Below are positions 55,602 through 64,000 of a stretch of DNA of 64,000 nucleotides, in pieces. Every line of letters starts with the position of its first letter. Within the stretch, counting starts at the first letter, position 1. Position numbers and translations under genes: made by a program. The notes under the pieces are model-generated. The model was given only the letters and a program-made list of their open reading frames with translations. It did not search any database and was not told where the DNA came from. Source of the DNA: Sphingobium sp. (GTDB lineage: Bacteria; Pseudomonadota; Alphaproteobacteria; Sphingomonadales; Sphingomonadaceae). The stretch lies in contig JAXHOI010000004.1 in NCBI GenBank assembly GCA_034519505.1, positions 22,177-86,176 on the forward strand, written 5' to 3'.

Positions 55602-56348
55602 ATGAGCATGTATCAACCCATCGCTGCGGGCGACGCCACGCTGACCTATGGCCGGACGGGCGCAGGGGCGGGCACGCCCGAACAGCTGGCGCGAAAATAT
55701 ATGCCGTTGGTGCGCAAGATCGCCTGGCATGTGCATGCCCGGGTATCCAGCGCGATCGAGATCGAGGATCTGCTGCAGATCGGCATGCTGGCCCTGGTAG
55801 AGGCTGCCAATAGCTATCAGGATCGCGGGTTCGGCTTTGCGACCTATGCCCAGATGCGGGTGCGCGGCGCGATGATCGATCATCTGCGACGCCACGCGAC
55901 CCTCTGTCGTTCCGCGATGAACCGCCGCAAGCAGATCGCGGCAACACGCGCCCAACTGGAGCAAAGGCTACGCCGCGCGCCGTCTGAGGCGGAAATGGCG
56001 GCGGAAATGGACATGACGGCGGCCGAATATCGGCAGGCTGTCGACAGCAGCGAGATGATGCAGCAGCAGTCGATGGATGAGGTTTACTCGGACCAATCGA
56101 TGTGGTTCGCCGATACGCAGGACCGCGCCGACGACGTGCTCGAACGGGAAGGGCTGAAAGCCGCGGTAGCGGCCGGCATCCGCAAGCTGCCGGAGCGCGA
56201 GGCGATGGTGCTCCAGCTCTATTTCGTCGAGGAAATGAACCTTGAGGAAATCGGGCAGACGCTGGACATCGGCGCGGCGCGCGTGTGCCAGATCAAGAAG
56301 GCCGCGCTGGACAAGCTGCGCGGCCTTCTCAAGGAATGGCAAGACTGA
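55602..56348 (+). CDS. fliA: Flagellar sigma factor FliA (sigma28)
   Basis: EDLLQIGMLAL, RVRGAMIDHLR, EEMNLEEIG...ARVCQI. Confidence 0.93.
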   Translation: MSMYQPIAAGDATLTYGRTGAGAGTPEQLARKYMPLVRKIAWHVHARVSSAIEIEDLLQIGMLALVEAANSYQDRGFGFATYAQMRVRGAMIDHLRRHATLCRSAMNRRKQIAATRAQLEQRLRRAPSEAEMAAEMDMTAAEYRQAVDSSEMMQQQSMDEVYSDQSMWFADTQDRADDVLEREGLKAAVAAGIRKLPEREAMVLQLYFVEEMNLEEIGQTLDIGAARVCQIKKAALDKLRGLLKEWQD

Positions 56349-56362
56349 CGCACAGTCCCCAT

Positions 56363-58330
56363 TCAGGCTGCTGCGGTGAGCGCGCTGCCGCCTTGAATAG
56401 AAGGAATCGTCAATTCCTGATCCTTCTGATGTAGGACAGTCGGCGGCACTCGAAACAGCCCGCGAGCGCTCAACCAGTTACCGAAATCCTTGCGTGCCGT
56501 CGCCCATGCAATCAGCGGCGAGCCTACAAGGCCCGCAATCACGGGCGACAACCATAGCAGCGTCATCGTCGAGCCCCAACCGAGCGCCACCAGCACAAGC
56601 CCGGCGATAACGTGATGACGATATTGATGCGCCGCCATGCGAAGCGGCATGGAATCGCAATCGCGCACCTGGCCGTTCCAGAGGCTTTTGCGACCCGCCA
56701 GAATACCGACAATGTCGATGGTCTGGGTGATCATCGTGATCGGCGCCATCAACATCGACAACAGCGTTTCCAGCACGATGCTGCCTGTCATCGCCAGCCC
56801 GCCGCCGAAGGCCGCGCGGCGACGCTCATCCTTCGCGTTCCACGTCAGCCCGAACAGTTTCGGACCCAATAGCAACGCGATTGTCATCCACAGCAGCAAG
56901 TTGTTTGCGCTCATCACTCCCAGCGACTGACCGCTCGCCTCTCCAGCGAGGACTATGCCGATCAGGCACAACCACAGGGGCGAGGTGATATAGGCCGACG
57001 CACCGATCAGCAGGTGAAAGCGGTTCACCAGATGGAAGCCGGTGGCGAAGATCAGCGGGATATGCTGCAGATTGCCCTGACACCAACGCCGGTCGCGGAT
57101 CGCAAGGTCGGTAAGCGACGGCGGAAACTCCTCAAAGCTGCCATCAATCATCACCATGTTGACGGCCCAGCCGCGCCGGCGCAAAAGCGCGGCTTCGACC
57201 ATGTCGTGGCTCATGATATGGCCGCCAAAGGGACCAAAGCCGCGCAATTTGGGCAGGCCGCAACTGGTCGCAAAGGCACCCACGCGCACGATCGCGTTGT
57301 GGCCCCAGAATGTACCGTCCGAATTGCTCCACCAGATCAGGCCAGCCGTTCCCACCGGACCATAAAGGCGCGCGGCGAATTGATGCCAACGGGCGAATAG
57401 CGTTCCGGCGTTGGTAATCTGCGGGACGGTCTGGATCAGGCCGACATGGGGCTGCGCATCCATTTCCGACGATAGGCGGGCCATCGTGGTGCCGCTCATC
57501 AGGCTGTCGGCATCCAGCACGATCATATATTCGAAATCGGCGCCGAAGCTTTCGACCCATTCCGCGATGTTGCCGGGCTTTCGCCCGATATTTTCCGGGC
57601 GGCGGCGATAATGCACGGGCAGTGTGAAACGCGATTTGGCCGCGCGGTACGCGCGCGCCTCCAGCGCGCCCGCCTCCGGCCCTGAATCGGAGAGGATGAA
57701 GAATTCAAAAAGCCGGCGCCCGGAAACGCCTTCAAACGAACGGCACATTCGCGCGATGCGGTCGAGGACCGGGCCGAATTCCTCGTTATAGACCGGCATC
57801 AAAATGGCGGTGCGACCCTCCGGGGGAGCAAAGGCACCGCATTCGTCATGCTCTTTGAAATGACCGCGAAACAACAGGACGAGACCGGCAAGACTGGTCA
57901 CGAAGCCGAAGGTGATCCAGGCGAACAGAGCCGTGAAAAGAACAAGATAGCCGACTTCCAGCAGCGTGAACCCATTTACAGCAAACTGCGCGTTCAGGCT
58001 ACCAAACGCGATGGCCGCCGGGATCATGGTCAGCAGGATCAGGGTCGCGCGGCGTAGCAGAAGCGCCTTGGCGTCGGGCGAATGCAGCATGTCGGCCCAG
58101 TTGCGCCGGTGATGATTGCGCAGCCCATGCCAACCTCGAATAGCCTGCACCGGCATCGCCAGCGGCGCCTCTTCGGGCAAGCTGCTGTAAGAAGCATCGT
58201 CATGGCGGCCAGCCATGGCCTGCTTCCGCCGGTACTCGGCGTTAAGCTCCTCTCCTGTCCTGATCATGCCGCCGGAGTGCGTGGATCTATCGTCCGCGTC
58301 ATCCGCAGCGGGTGGGGAGCCGATATACAA
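56363..58330 (-). CDS. opgH: Glucans biosynthesis glucosyltransferase OpgH/MdoH
   Basis: MPVYNE, RKPGNI, VLDADS, FWGHNAI, SHDMVEA, RDRRWCQGNLQH. Start uncertain. Confidence 0.92.
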   Translation of the reverse strand: MYIGSPPAADDADDRSTHSGGMIRTGEELNAEYRRKQAMAGRHDDASYSSLPEEAPLAMPVQAIRGWHGLRNHHRRNWADMLHSPDAKALLLRRATLILLTMIPAAIAFGSLNAQFAVNGFTLLEVGYLVLFTALFAWITFGFVTSLAGLVLLFRGHFKEHDECGAFAPPEGRTAILMPVYNEEFGPVLDRIARMCRSFEGVSGRRLFEFFILSDSGPEAGALEARAYRAAKSRFTLPVHYRRRPENIGRKPGNIAEWVESFGADFEYMIVLDADSLMSGTTMARLSSEMDAQPHVGLIQTVPQITNAGTLFARWHQFAARLYGPVGTAGLIWWSNSDGTFWGHNAIVRVGAFATSCGLPKLRGFGPFGGHIMSHDMVEAALLRRRGWAVNMVMIDGSFEEFPPSLTDLAIRDRRWCQGNLQHIPLIFATGFHLVNRFHLLIGASAYITSPLWLCLIGIVLAGEASGQSLGVMSANNLLLWMTIALLLGPKLFGLTWNAKDERRRAAFGGGLAMTGSIVLETLLSMLMAPITMITQTIDIVGILAGRKSLWNGQVRDCDSMPLRMAAHQYRHHVIAGLVLVALGWGSTMTLLWLSPVIAGLVGSPLIAWATARKDFGNWLSARGLFRVPPTVLHQKDQELTIPSIQGGSALTAAA

Positions 58331-58425
58331 AGTGCGACCTTTCGTTTTAGACGCAGGGTTTTAGCGTCCGAACCCGCCTAAGTGTTCTCGGGTTCCCGTT
58401 TTTTTCGGGCGGTCGACCGTGAAAT

Positions 58426-59919
58426 TCAGAGCAATGGATAATCGAAACGCTCCGATCGGGCAGCGCCATTGGCGACCAGACAGCCCGCGACTCGCGTTTC
58501 GCCGGTGCCGCTCGGCGCGATGTCGAGCACCAGTCGCCAGCGGCCATCGTCGCTCAATATGGGATAGGCGGCCGCCTTGATCAGGCGTCCATTGGTAACG
58601 GTGCAGGCACCTTCTAAAGCGCCGCGCGGCAGCCTTTCGATCCCGCCGCCGGCAAAGTCCGCGACCAGGCGAATGGCCGCAGCGCCGCCGCTTGCAACGT
58701 CCGCGTCGCTGATGCCACGGCGCAGGTCGACCAATTCGGCGAGGGGCGATACCGCCAAAGGCGCCGATCGCCAGTCGAGCTGATAGTCGGCATCGATGCG
58801 CTTGCCGGGCCGCACCGGTTCGTCGGGTGTCCACCACGCCGCGACATTGTCCGCATATTCGTTGCCCGCGGTGAATTCGTACAACCGCACCCTGCCAGCG
58901 CCAGGCAGCTTGCCCGGCCGGACCCATAGCGATGGGCGGCGATCGTAAAAGACGCCATCGTCCTGATAATGATCGAAGTTTCGATCTCGCTGCAACAGTC
59001 CGAACGAAGCCATGTCGTCGGACGACCATGCCTGATCGTGCGGCTTGGGCGGGTTGATCAGTGGGCGGAACAGCCGCTCGCCATTGTTCCGCACGATTTC
59101 GAGGCCATCGGAATCATGCACCTCAGGCCGCCAGTCGATCGCCTGCGCCTGGTGGGCCTGATCGTACCAGAACATGCTCGACATCGCCATCAGGCCCAGT
59201 TCCGCGATGGGTTTGCGCGGGAACAGCGTGGCGCGGACATCCTGATGTACGCCGTCTTTCGCGCGTTTGCAAAGGAAGCTGTATGCGCCGGCAATGCTGG
59301 GTCCGTCGAGCAGGGCATGAATCGCCAGCGCGCCGTCCAGCCGTTCCAGCCAAAAATCGGTAAAGCGCGGAAACTCCTCCGGCCCCTTCGCCGTGTCGAT
59401 GGCGATGGCCCGCGCCGATAGGCCATATTGGTTCTGCGCGCCATTGGCACGAAAGTAACTGGCGCCCATAAAGGCCAGCCAGTCGCCGTCCTTGGCTGCG
59501 TTCATTACGCGAAAACCAGCAAAGCCGGCGTCAGTGCCCAGCGCCTCTACCGGATGGCCGGGCGCTACCGTGAAAAAATCGGGGGAGTAGGTGAGCGGCC
59601 GGGCGGTGCCGTTTTCCACCAGATTGATACCCACCGGTTGCGGCGCAGTGCCGCTGAGCGGAAACAGGCGGATGCCGTAATCCCCGTTGGCCCAGATTTC
59701 CCTTTCGGGCCGGAATTGCGCCTTGTTGAGTGCGTCATAGCCCACTTTCGCCGCGTTCGGATTGGCCGGCGTTTCGCGATAGGGTGCTGCTGCCCGGCGG
59801 CGCGCTTCCCCGATCAGCCAGTCCCGGCTGAACGGGCGGGGGGCGCTGGCACGCAGCGCCGAGGGAAGGCCGAGGGCGGCAGAGCCGGCAAGCATCAGGT
59901 CGCGACGCGAAATAGGCAT
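58426..59919 (-). CDS. opgG: Periplasmic glucan biosynthesis protein OpgG/OpgD family, Tat signal
   Basis: SRRDLM twin-arginine leader; FMGASYFRA, YGLSARAIAID, DWRPEVHDSDGL, FGLLQRDR. Confidence 0.9.
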   Translation of the reverse strand: MPISRRDLMLAGSAALGLPSALRASAPRPFSRDWLIGEARRRAAAPYRETPANPNAAKVGYDALNKAQFRPEREIWANGDYGIRLFPLSGTAPQPVGINLVENGTARPLTYSPDFFTVAPGHPVEALGTDAGFAGFRVMNAAKDGDWLAFMGASYFRANGAQNQYGLSARAIAIDTAKGPEEFPRFTDFWLERLDGALAIHALLDGPSIAGAYSFLCKRAKDGVHQDVRATLFPRKPIAELGLMAMSSMFWYDQAHQAQAIDWRPEVHDSDGLEIVRNNGERLFRPLINPPKPHDQAWSSDDMASFGLLQRDRNFDHYQDDGVFYDRRPSLWVRPGKLPGAGRVRLYEFTAGNEYADNVAAWWTPDEPVRPGKRIDADYQLDWRSAPLAVSPLAELVDLRRGISDADVASGGAAAIRLVADFAGGGIERLPRGALEGACTVTNGRLIKAAAYPILSDDGRWRLVLDIAPSGTGETRVAGCLVANGAARSERFDYPLL

Positions 59920-60041
59920 TGAAGCTCCGTGACAGGATCGTTCTGCATGCGTGTCGTAACGCGCGCGCCATCATGCGGTGCCATGCGTCATCTTGCAAAC
60001 CGGGCGATTGATCCGCGCATCGCGCAGTGCGCCGGGAATCG

Positions 60042-60071
60042 AAAAAGCCCCAGCCGATGGCCGGGGCTTTT
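60042..60071. terminator. Intrinsic terminator downstream of fliC (bidirectional shape)
   Basis: AAAAAGCCCC...GGGGCTTTT with A- and T-tracts on both sides. Confidence 0.7.
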
Positions 60072-60189
60072 CCGTTTTTTCTGTCGGAGCAGAGAAGGTA
60101 AGAACCCCCGGCACGGTGGGGACTGTTGTGTGCCGGGGGCTCTATGCCCGACCGGGATGGACCAATATCCCGGTCGGTTATCGTGCGCC

Positions 60190-61029
60190 TTAGCGGATCA
60201 GCGACAGCACGTTCTGCTGGCTCTGGTTCGCCTGGGCGAGCATCGCGGTCGACGCCTGGCTCAGGATCTGAGACTTCGCCATCGACGTGGTTTCCGAAGA
60301 GAAGTCGGCGTCTTCGACCCGCGAGACGGCTTCCGTCAGGTTGGTCATCGTCGACTGCAGGGTGTTGACCGTCGCTTCGAGGCGGTTTTGAATGCCACCG
60401 AGCGATGCGCGGCCCTTCGCCACGGTCGTCAGGGCGTCATACAGCGTGCTGATCGCGGCCGATGCGTTGGTGGCGTCCGACAGGTCGAGGCTGTCGATGC
60501 CGAGGTCGGTCGTGGTGGCCGAAGCGATTTCGACGTCGACGGTTTCGCCCGACTTGGTGCCCGTCTGGATCGAGATCACCGCGCCGGTGCCGCCGCTGGA
60601 GAGCGAAGCGGAACCCGACAGCAGCGAGATGCCGTTGAAGGTGGTGCGGCTGGCGATGTCGCCGATCTGGTCGACCAGCTGATCGACTTCGGCCTGGATG
60701 CCTTCGCGGTCTTCGTCGCTGACGGTGCCCGTCGAAGCCTGAACGGCCAGTTCACGCATACGCTGCAGGATGTTGCTGACTTCGCCCAGCGCGCCTTCTG
60801 CGGTCTGCGCCAGCGAAATGCCGTCGTTGGCGTTCCGTGCGGCGGCCGACAGGCCCTTTACTTCGGCGGTCATCTTGGTGGCGATGGCGAGGCCGGCGGC
60901 GTCGTCCTTCGCGGAGTTGATGCGCTTGCCGGTGGACAGGCGCTCCATGGCGGTCGACAGGCTCATATTGGCCTTGTTCGACGCATTCGCCGCGCGCAGC
61001 GCGGACACATTCGAACCGATAACAGTCAT
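60190..61029 (-). CDS. fliC: Flagellin (short, 279 aa)
   Basis: [38 protein letters not shown]...[13 protein letters not shown]. Confidence 0.96.
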   Translation of the reverse strand: MTVIGSNVSALRAANASNKANMSLSTAMERLSTGKRINSAKDDAAGLAIATKMTAEVKGLSAAARNANDGISLAQTAEGALGEVSNILQRMRELAVQASTGTVSDEDREGIQAEVDQLVDQIGDIASRTTFNGISLLSGSASLSSGGTGAVISIQTGTKSGETVDVEIASATTTDLGIDSLDLSDATNASAAISTLYDALTTVAKGRASLGGIQNRLEATVNTLQSTMTNLTEAVSRVEDADFSSETTSMAKSQILSQASTAMLAQANQSQQNVLSLIR

Positions 61030-61094
61030 CTGAAAACTTCCTTTCCCGCTTCAATCGGTCGCTTGGGCTTGTGCATCTCGCGGCCTCAGCAGGA

Positions 61095-61121
61095 AGAACG
61101 GCGGCAGCGCGAAGAGTTTAA
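61095..61121 (-). promoter_or_regulatory. Sigma28-type promoter of fliC
   Basis: TTAA-N15-GCCGTTCT about 65 nt upstream of the start. Confidence 0.6.
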
Positions 61122-61309
61122 GTGGATCGGCGAAAAAAGTTTCAGGGTACGAAAAACCTCGGTTTTCTAAGGAAATCTTGCCATCCAAATGGCCGGATCA
61201 AAGGAAGCGCACCAAAAAATCTACCGCGCCGTGCCGCTTCGCCGGACAGCGCCCTATAATAAGAGCATCGGCAGAAAGGGCGGGCGACCCGTCCCCTTTC
61301 CTGCACGGA

Positions 61310-61346
61310 CGGCAATGCCTTGCCGCCCTGCGGAACGCCGTTGCCG
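61310..61346. promoter_or_regulatory. Second tandem CGGCAA-N4-TTGCCG pair
   Basis: CGGCAATGCCTTGCCG and CGGAACGCCGTTGCCG, again 21 bp apart. Confidence 0.6.
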
Positions 61347-61359
61347 TTCTTCCGTCTGG

Positions 61360-61379
61360 TTAATGCGTTTGTTAACCAT
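61360..61379 (+). promoter_or_regulatory. CtrA-type site upstream of the sigma54 activator
   Basis: TTAA-N8-TTAACCAT: exact 8-mer, spacer one base longer than canonical. Confidence 0.45.
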
Positions 61380-61444
61380 ATCACAAGGGTTCTGGCGCAC
61401 ATTCACCTCATCGGACCAACGAAGTCCCTGACCAGGGCTTCGCG

Positions 61445-62752
61445 ATGATGATGGGGACAAGAATGATGAAGCTGGATGTCAGCCTGTCGCTCGACAGGCG
61501 TATCCCGGCCCTTGTGCAATGGCTTTCGAAGGCCGCATGCCAGGTGGACGTGATTGCGCTGGATGCAAAACGCCAGCCCGGCTCCATCCGTATCCTTGGC
61601 GTCGATGAAATCGGCCACGCCACCCATCGCGATATTCTGATCGACTTCCGCCCCGGTGCGCCGCGCCTTGTCGCCGCCGCCGCCGGCCTGCCCGCACGCA
61701 TCGCCTTTGGCGAAGAGGATATCCGTTTCGCCGTGGCACTGGTCGCGGAAATGGCGCGGCCCGCTGGCCTGCCTGCGGTGGGCGATGAAGCGAGCGCCCG
61801 CCTGATGCAGCTGGCCGACCGTATCGCGCGTTCCGACGCCACCGTCCTGATCGAGGGAGATACCGGCACCGGCAAGGAAGGGCTGGCCCGCCTGATCCAT
61901 GCCCGTTCGCCGCGTGCCGACAAGGATTTCATCGCCATCAACTGCGCGGCGCTTCCCGAAACGATGATGGAAGCCATGTTGTTTGGCCATCGCAAGGGCA
62001 GCTTCACCGGCGCGGCGCAGGCCTCGGAGGGGCTTTTCCAAGCAGCCGATGGCGGCACGCTGTTTCTCGACGAAATCGCCGAACTGCCCTTGGCGCTGCA
62101 GGCCAAGCTGCTGCGCGCGCTTCAGGAAGGCGAAGTGCTGCCCGTCGGCGCAACGCACCCGATCCCGGTCAATGTGCGTGTCATCGCGGCGGGCAACCGC
62201 GATTTGGCCGCCGAATGCGAAGCGGGCCGGTTCCGGTCTGACCTTTACTGGCGGCTCAATGTCATGCCGCTCAACCTTACGCCGCTCGCAGAGCGCCCTG
62301 ACGATATTCTGGCGATCTCCGCAGCTCTGCTGATCCGTCACCAACTTTCCGGCGGTCTGTCTGGCGTGACCTTCGCCTGGCCGACGGCGCAGGCGGTTGA
62401 AAAGCTGATGGCGCATAGCTGGCCCGGCAATGCGCGCGAACTAGGCAATGTGCTGCAACGCGCGCTGGTGCTGCGTGACGGTGACCGGATCGATGCCATC
62501 GACCTGCACATCACCGCGGCGCTGGCGCCGCAGCTGCGCCATCCCGCCGCACCGATTGTCGCGGAACTGCCGGTGCAGCCCGGGCGGACGATCAGTCTGC
62601 ACGATGTTGCTCGCATGTCGAAGCTGGACGCCATTCGCGCCGCGCTGCGCGAAACGGACGGCCATCGGGCGCTTGCCGCGCGCAAGCTGGGCATTTCCGA
62701 ACGCACGCTGCGCTATCGGCTCGCCGAGATGCGCGAACTGGCTGCGGCCTGA
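61445..62752 (+). CDS. Sigma54-dependent flagellar activator (FleQ/FleT-like, no intact receiver domain)
   Basis: GDTGTGKE, GSFTGA, LFLDEI, WPGNAREL, Fis-type HTH; heads the fliE-fliF operon. Confidence 0.9.
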   Translation: MMMGTRMMKLDVSLSLDRRIPALVQWLSKAACQVDVIALDAKRQPGSIRILGVDEIGHATHRDILIDFRPGAPRLVAAAAGLPARIAFGEEDIRFAVALVAEMARPAGLPAVGDEASARLMQLADRIARSDATVLIEGDTGTGKEGLARLIHARSPRADKDFIAINCAALPETMMEAMLFGHRKGSFTGAAQASEGLFQAADGGTLFLDEIAELPLALQAKLLRALQEGEVLPVGATHPIPVNVRVIAAGNRDLAAECEAGRFRSDLYWRLNVMPLNLTPLAERPDDILAISAALLIRHQLSGGLSGVTFAWPTAQAVEKLMAHSWPGNARELGNVLQRALVLRDGDRIDAIDLHITAALAPQLRHPAAPIVAELPVQPGRTISLHDVARMSKLDAIRAALRETDGHRALAARKLGISERTLRYRLAEMRELAAA

Positions 62753-62774
62753 GCCGGCACGGGGGGACTGACCG

Positions 62775-63149
62775 ATGAACGCCGTATCCATGAACAGCGT
62801 GATGGCGATGCGCAGCGCCATTCTGCAGCGCAATCAGGCGCTGCGCGATGCTTCGACCGCCGGAAACGTCGGGGGCGTTTCGTCGCCCGACGGCACCGGG
62901 GCCGCTGGCGGTGCCAAGGGCGTCGGCAACGCCGATTTTTCCCAGGCGCTGAAATCGGCCTTCAATGAAGTCGACAAGCTTCAGCATCAGGCAGGCGATG
63001 CCGCCTCTGCCTATGAACGGGGCGAAACCACGGACATCGCGGCGGTCATGCTGGCCAAGCAGCAGGCGTCCGTCGGGTTCGAAACGACCCTTCAGGTCCG
63101 CAACAAACTCCTGTCCGCGTACAAGGACATCATGAGCATGCCGGTATAA
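62775..63149 (+). CDS. fliE: Hook-basal body protein FliE
   Basis: QVRNKLLSAYKDIMSMPV. Confidence 0.93.
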   Translation: MNAVSMNSVMAMRSAILQRNQALRDASTAGNVGGVSSPDGTGAAGGAKGVGNADFSQALKSAFNEVDKLQHQAGDAASAYERGETTDIAAVMLAKQQASVGFETTLQVRNKLLSAYKDIMSMPV

Positions 63150-63152
63150 TCG

Positions 63153-64000
63153 ATGAGCGACGCGAACCTTACACTCGATGTTGCGGCACCGGCCGCACCG
63201 ACGCTTCCCGCCATTGGCGGCGGCGCTTCAGGAGGGGGCATGCCGGCCCTGCGCGCCCGTGCGAGCGACTTCCTGCGCCAGCCGGCCATAGCCCGCAGCC
63301 TGCCGATGCTCGGCCTGTTCGGTGTCGTGGCCGCTGCTGGCCTTGCCTGGATGGCGCTGCGCCAGCCGCCCCAGCGCGACCTGTTCCGCGGCCTGCCCGA
63401 CGGCGACAAGGCGGCGGTGACGGAGGCGCTGGGAAAGACCGGCATCCCCTATCATTTCGATTCGGACGGCACGCTTACCGTCTCACAGGACGATTATTTC
63501 AAGGCGAAGATGCAGCTTGCTTCCGAAGGCCTGCCGAAAAGCGCGCCGGACGGCGAAAGCATGATCGACAGCATGCCGATGGGCGCCAGCCGCGCGGTCG
63601 AGGGCGAAAAGCTGCGCTCGGCCCGCGAAATGGACCTGGCCCGCACCATAGAGGCGATTGACGCGGTCAGGAGCGCGCGCGTCCATCTGGCCGTGGAACA
63701 GCCCAGCGTGTTCCTGCGCGACCGGGTGAAGCCGGGCGCTTCGGTGATGCTGCGCCTGAATGACGGACGCAGCCTGTCCGATGCGCAGGTGCAGGCAATC
63801 GTCCATCTGGTCGCATCCTCGGTGCCCGAATTGCAGCCGGAAAATGTCTCGGTGGTTGACCAGAACGGTCGCCTCCTCTCCAACTCCCAATCCGATGGCG
63901 GCGTCAACGACCGTCAACTCCAGCTGCAGGCGCAGATGGAGGACCGCTATCGCCAGTCCATCGTCGCGCTGCTGACCCCCATCCTGGGTGCCGGCAAATT
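63153..64000 (+). CDS. fliF: MS-ring protein FliF, 5' part (runs off window end)
   Basis: Manual translation: ...QLASEGLP...EMDLARTIEAIDAVRSARVHLA...SVF...ASV; follows fliE. Confidence 0.92.
   Translation, partial: MSDANLTLDVAAPAAPTLPAIGGGASGGGMPALRARASDFLRQPAIARSLPMLGLFGVVAAAGLAWMALRQPPQRDLFRGLPDGDKAAVTEALGKTGIPYHFDSDGTLTVSQDDYFKAKMQLASEGLPKSAPDGESMIDSMPMGASRAVEGEKLRSAREMDLARTIEAIDAVRSARVHLAVEQPSVFLRDRVKPGASVMLRLNDGRSLSDAQVQAIVHLVASSVPELQPENVSVVDQNGRLLSNSQSDGGVNDRQLQLQAQMEDRYRQSIVALLTPILGAGK

Noticed and set aside
61998-62015. GSFTGA instead of GAFTGA as a sign of an inactive activator
   Set aside because: GSFTGA is a known functional variant, and sigma54 promoters are present in the cluster.
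1-64000. CRISPR arrays, tRNA/rRNA genes, transposases, integrases, defence systems
   Set aside because: None recognised by eye or in the ORF track; short RNA genes could be missed without a scan.

Overview
High-GC alphaproteobacterial DNA, most likely a sphingomonad (Sphingomonas/Sphingobium-type flagellar gene order, TonB-dependent receptors, UrcA). Blocks: (1) 1-13.2 kb: a guanidine-type 'urea carboxylase' operon (ABC importer, NikR-like ribbon-helix-helix regulator, CgdAB-like pair, carboxylase with the Asp specificity residue, allophanate hydrolase, exported beta-propeller) divergent from a TonB-dependent receptor. I see no guanidine riboswitch. Instead, both promoters carry a NikR-geometry palindrome (TATTAC-N14-GTAATA), and the regulator lacks three of the four Ni ligands. 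This is the best candidate for an undescribed system: protein-based sensing of guanidine or a related metabolite. (2) 13.2-20.6 kb: an uncharacterised cluster (two sterol-desaturase-family paralogs, TPR-sulfotransferase, 2OG-Fe(II) oxygenase, LysR, UrcA, two hypotheticals) linked by a shared ATAGAT-N3-AT(C/T)(G/T)AT box. (3) 20.7-28.3 kb: PilZ gene, a three-gene two-component set, and a TBDR plus exported hypothetical behind Pho-box-like repeats. (4) 28.3-39.1 kb: leucine catabolism (ivd, mccB, mccA, densely frameshifted and probably assembly error; GNAT; MaoC), LysR, BASS symporter, and an EF-hand protein with an OmpR/HK pair. (5) 39.1-64 kb: a sigma54/sigma28-controlled flagellar cluster with a second, degenerate stator pair, a repeat-expanded FlgE, and opgG/D-opgH between fliA and fliC. 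No rRNA, tRNA, CRISPR or IS element was recognised. All calls come from reading the sequence by eye; no searches were run, and several start codons are best guesses.
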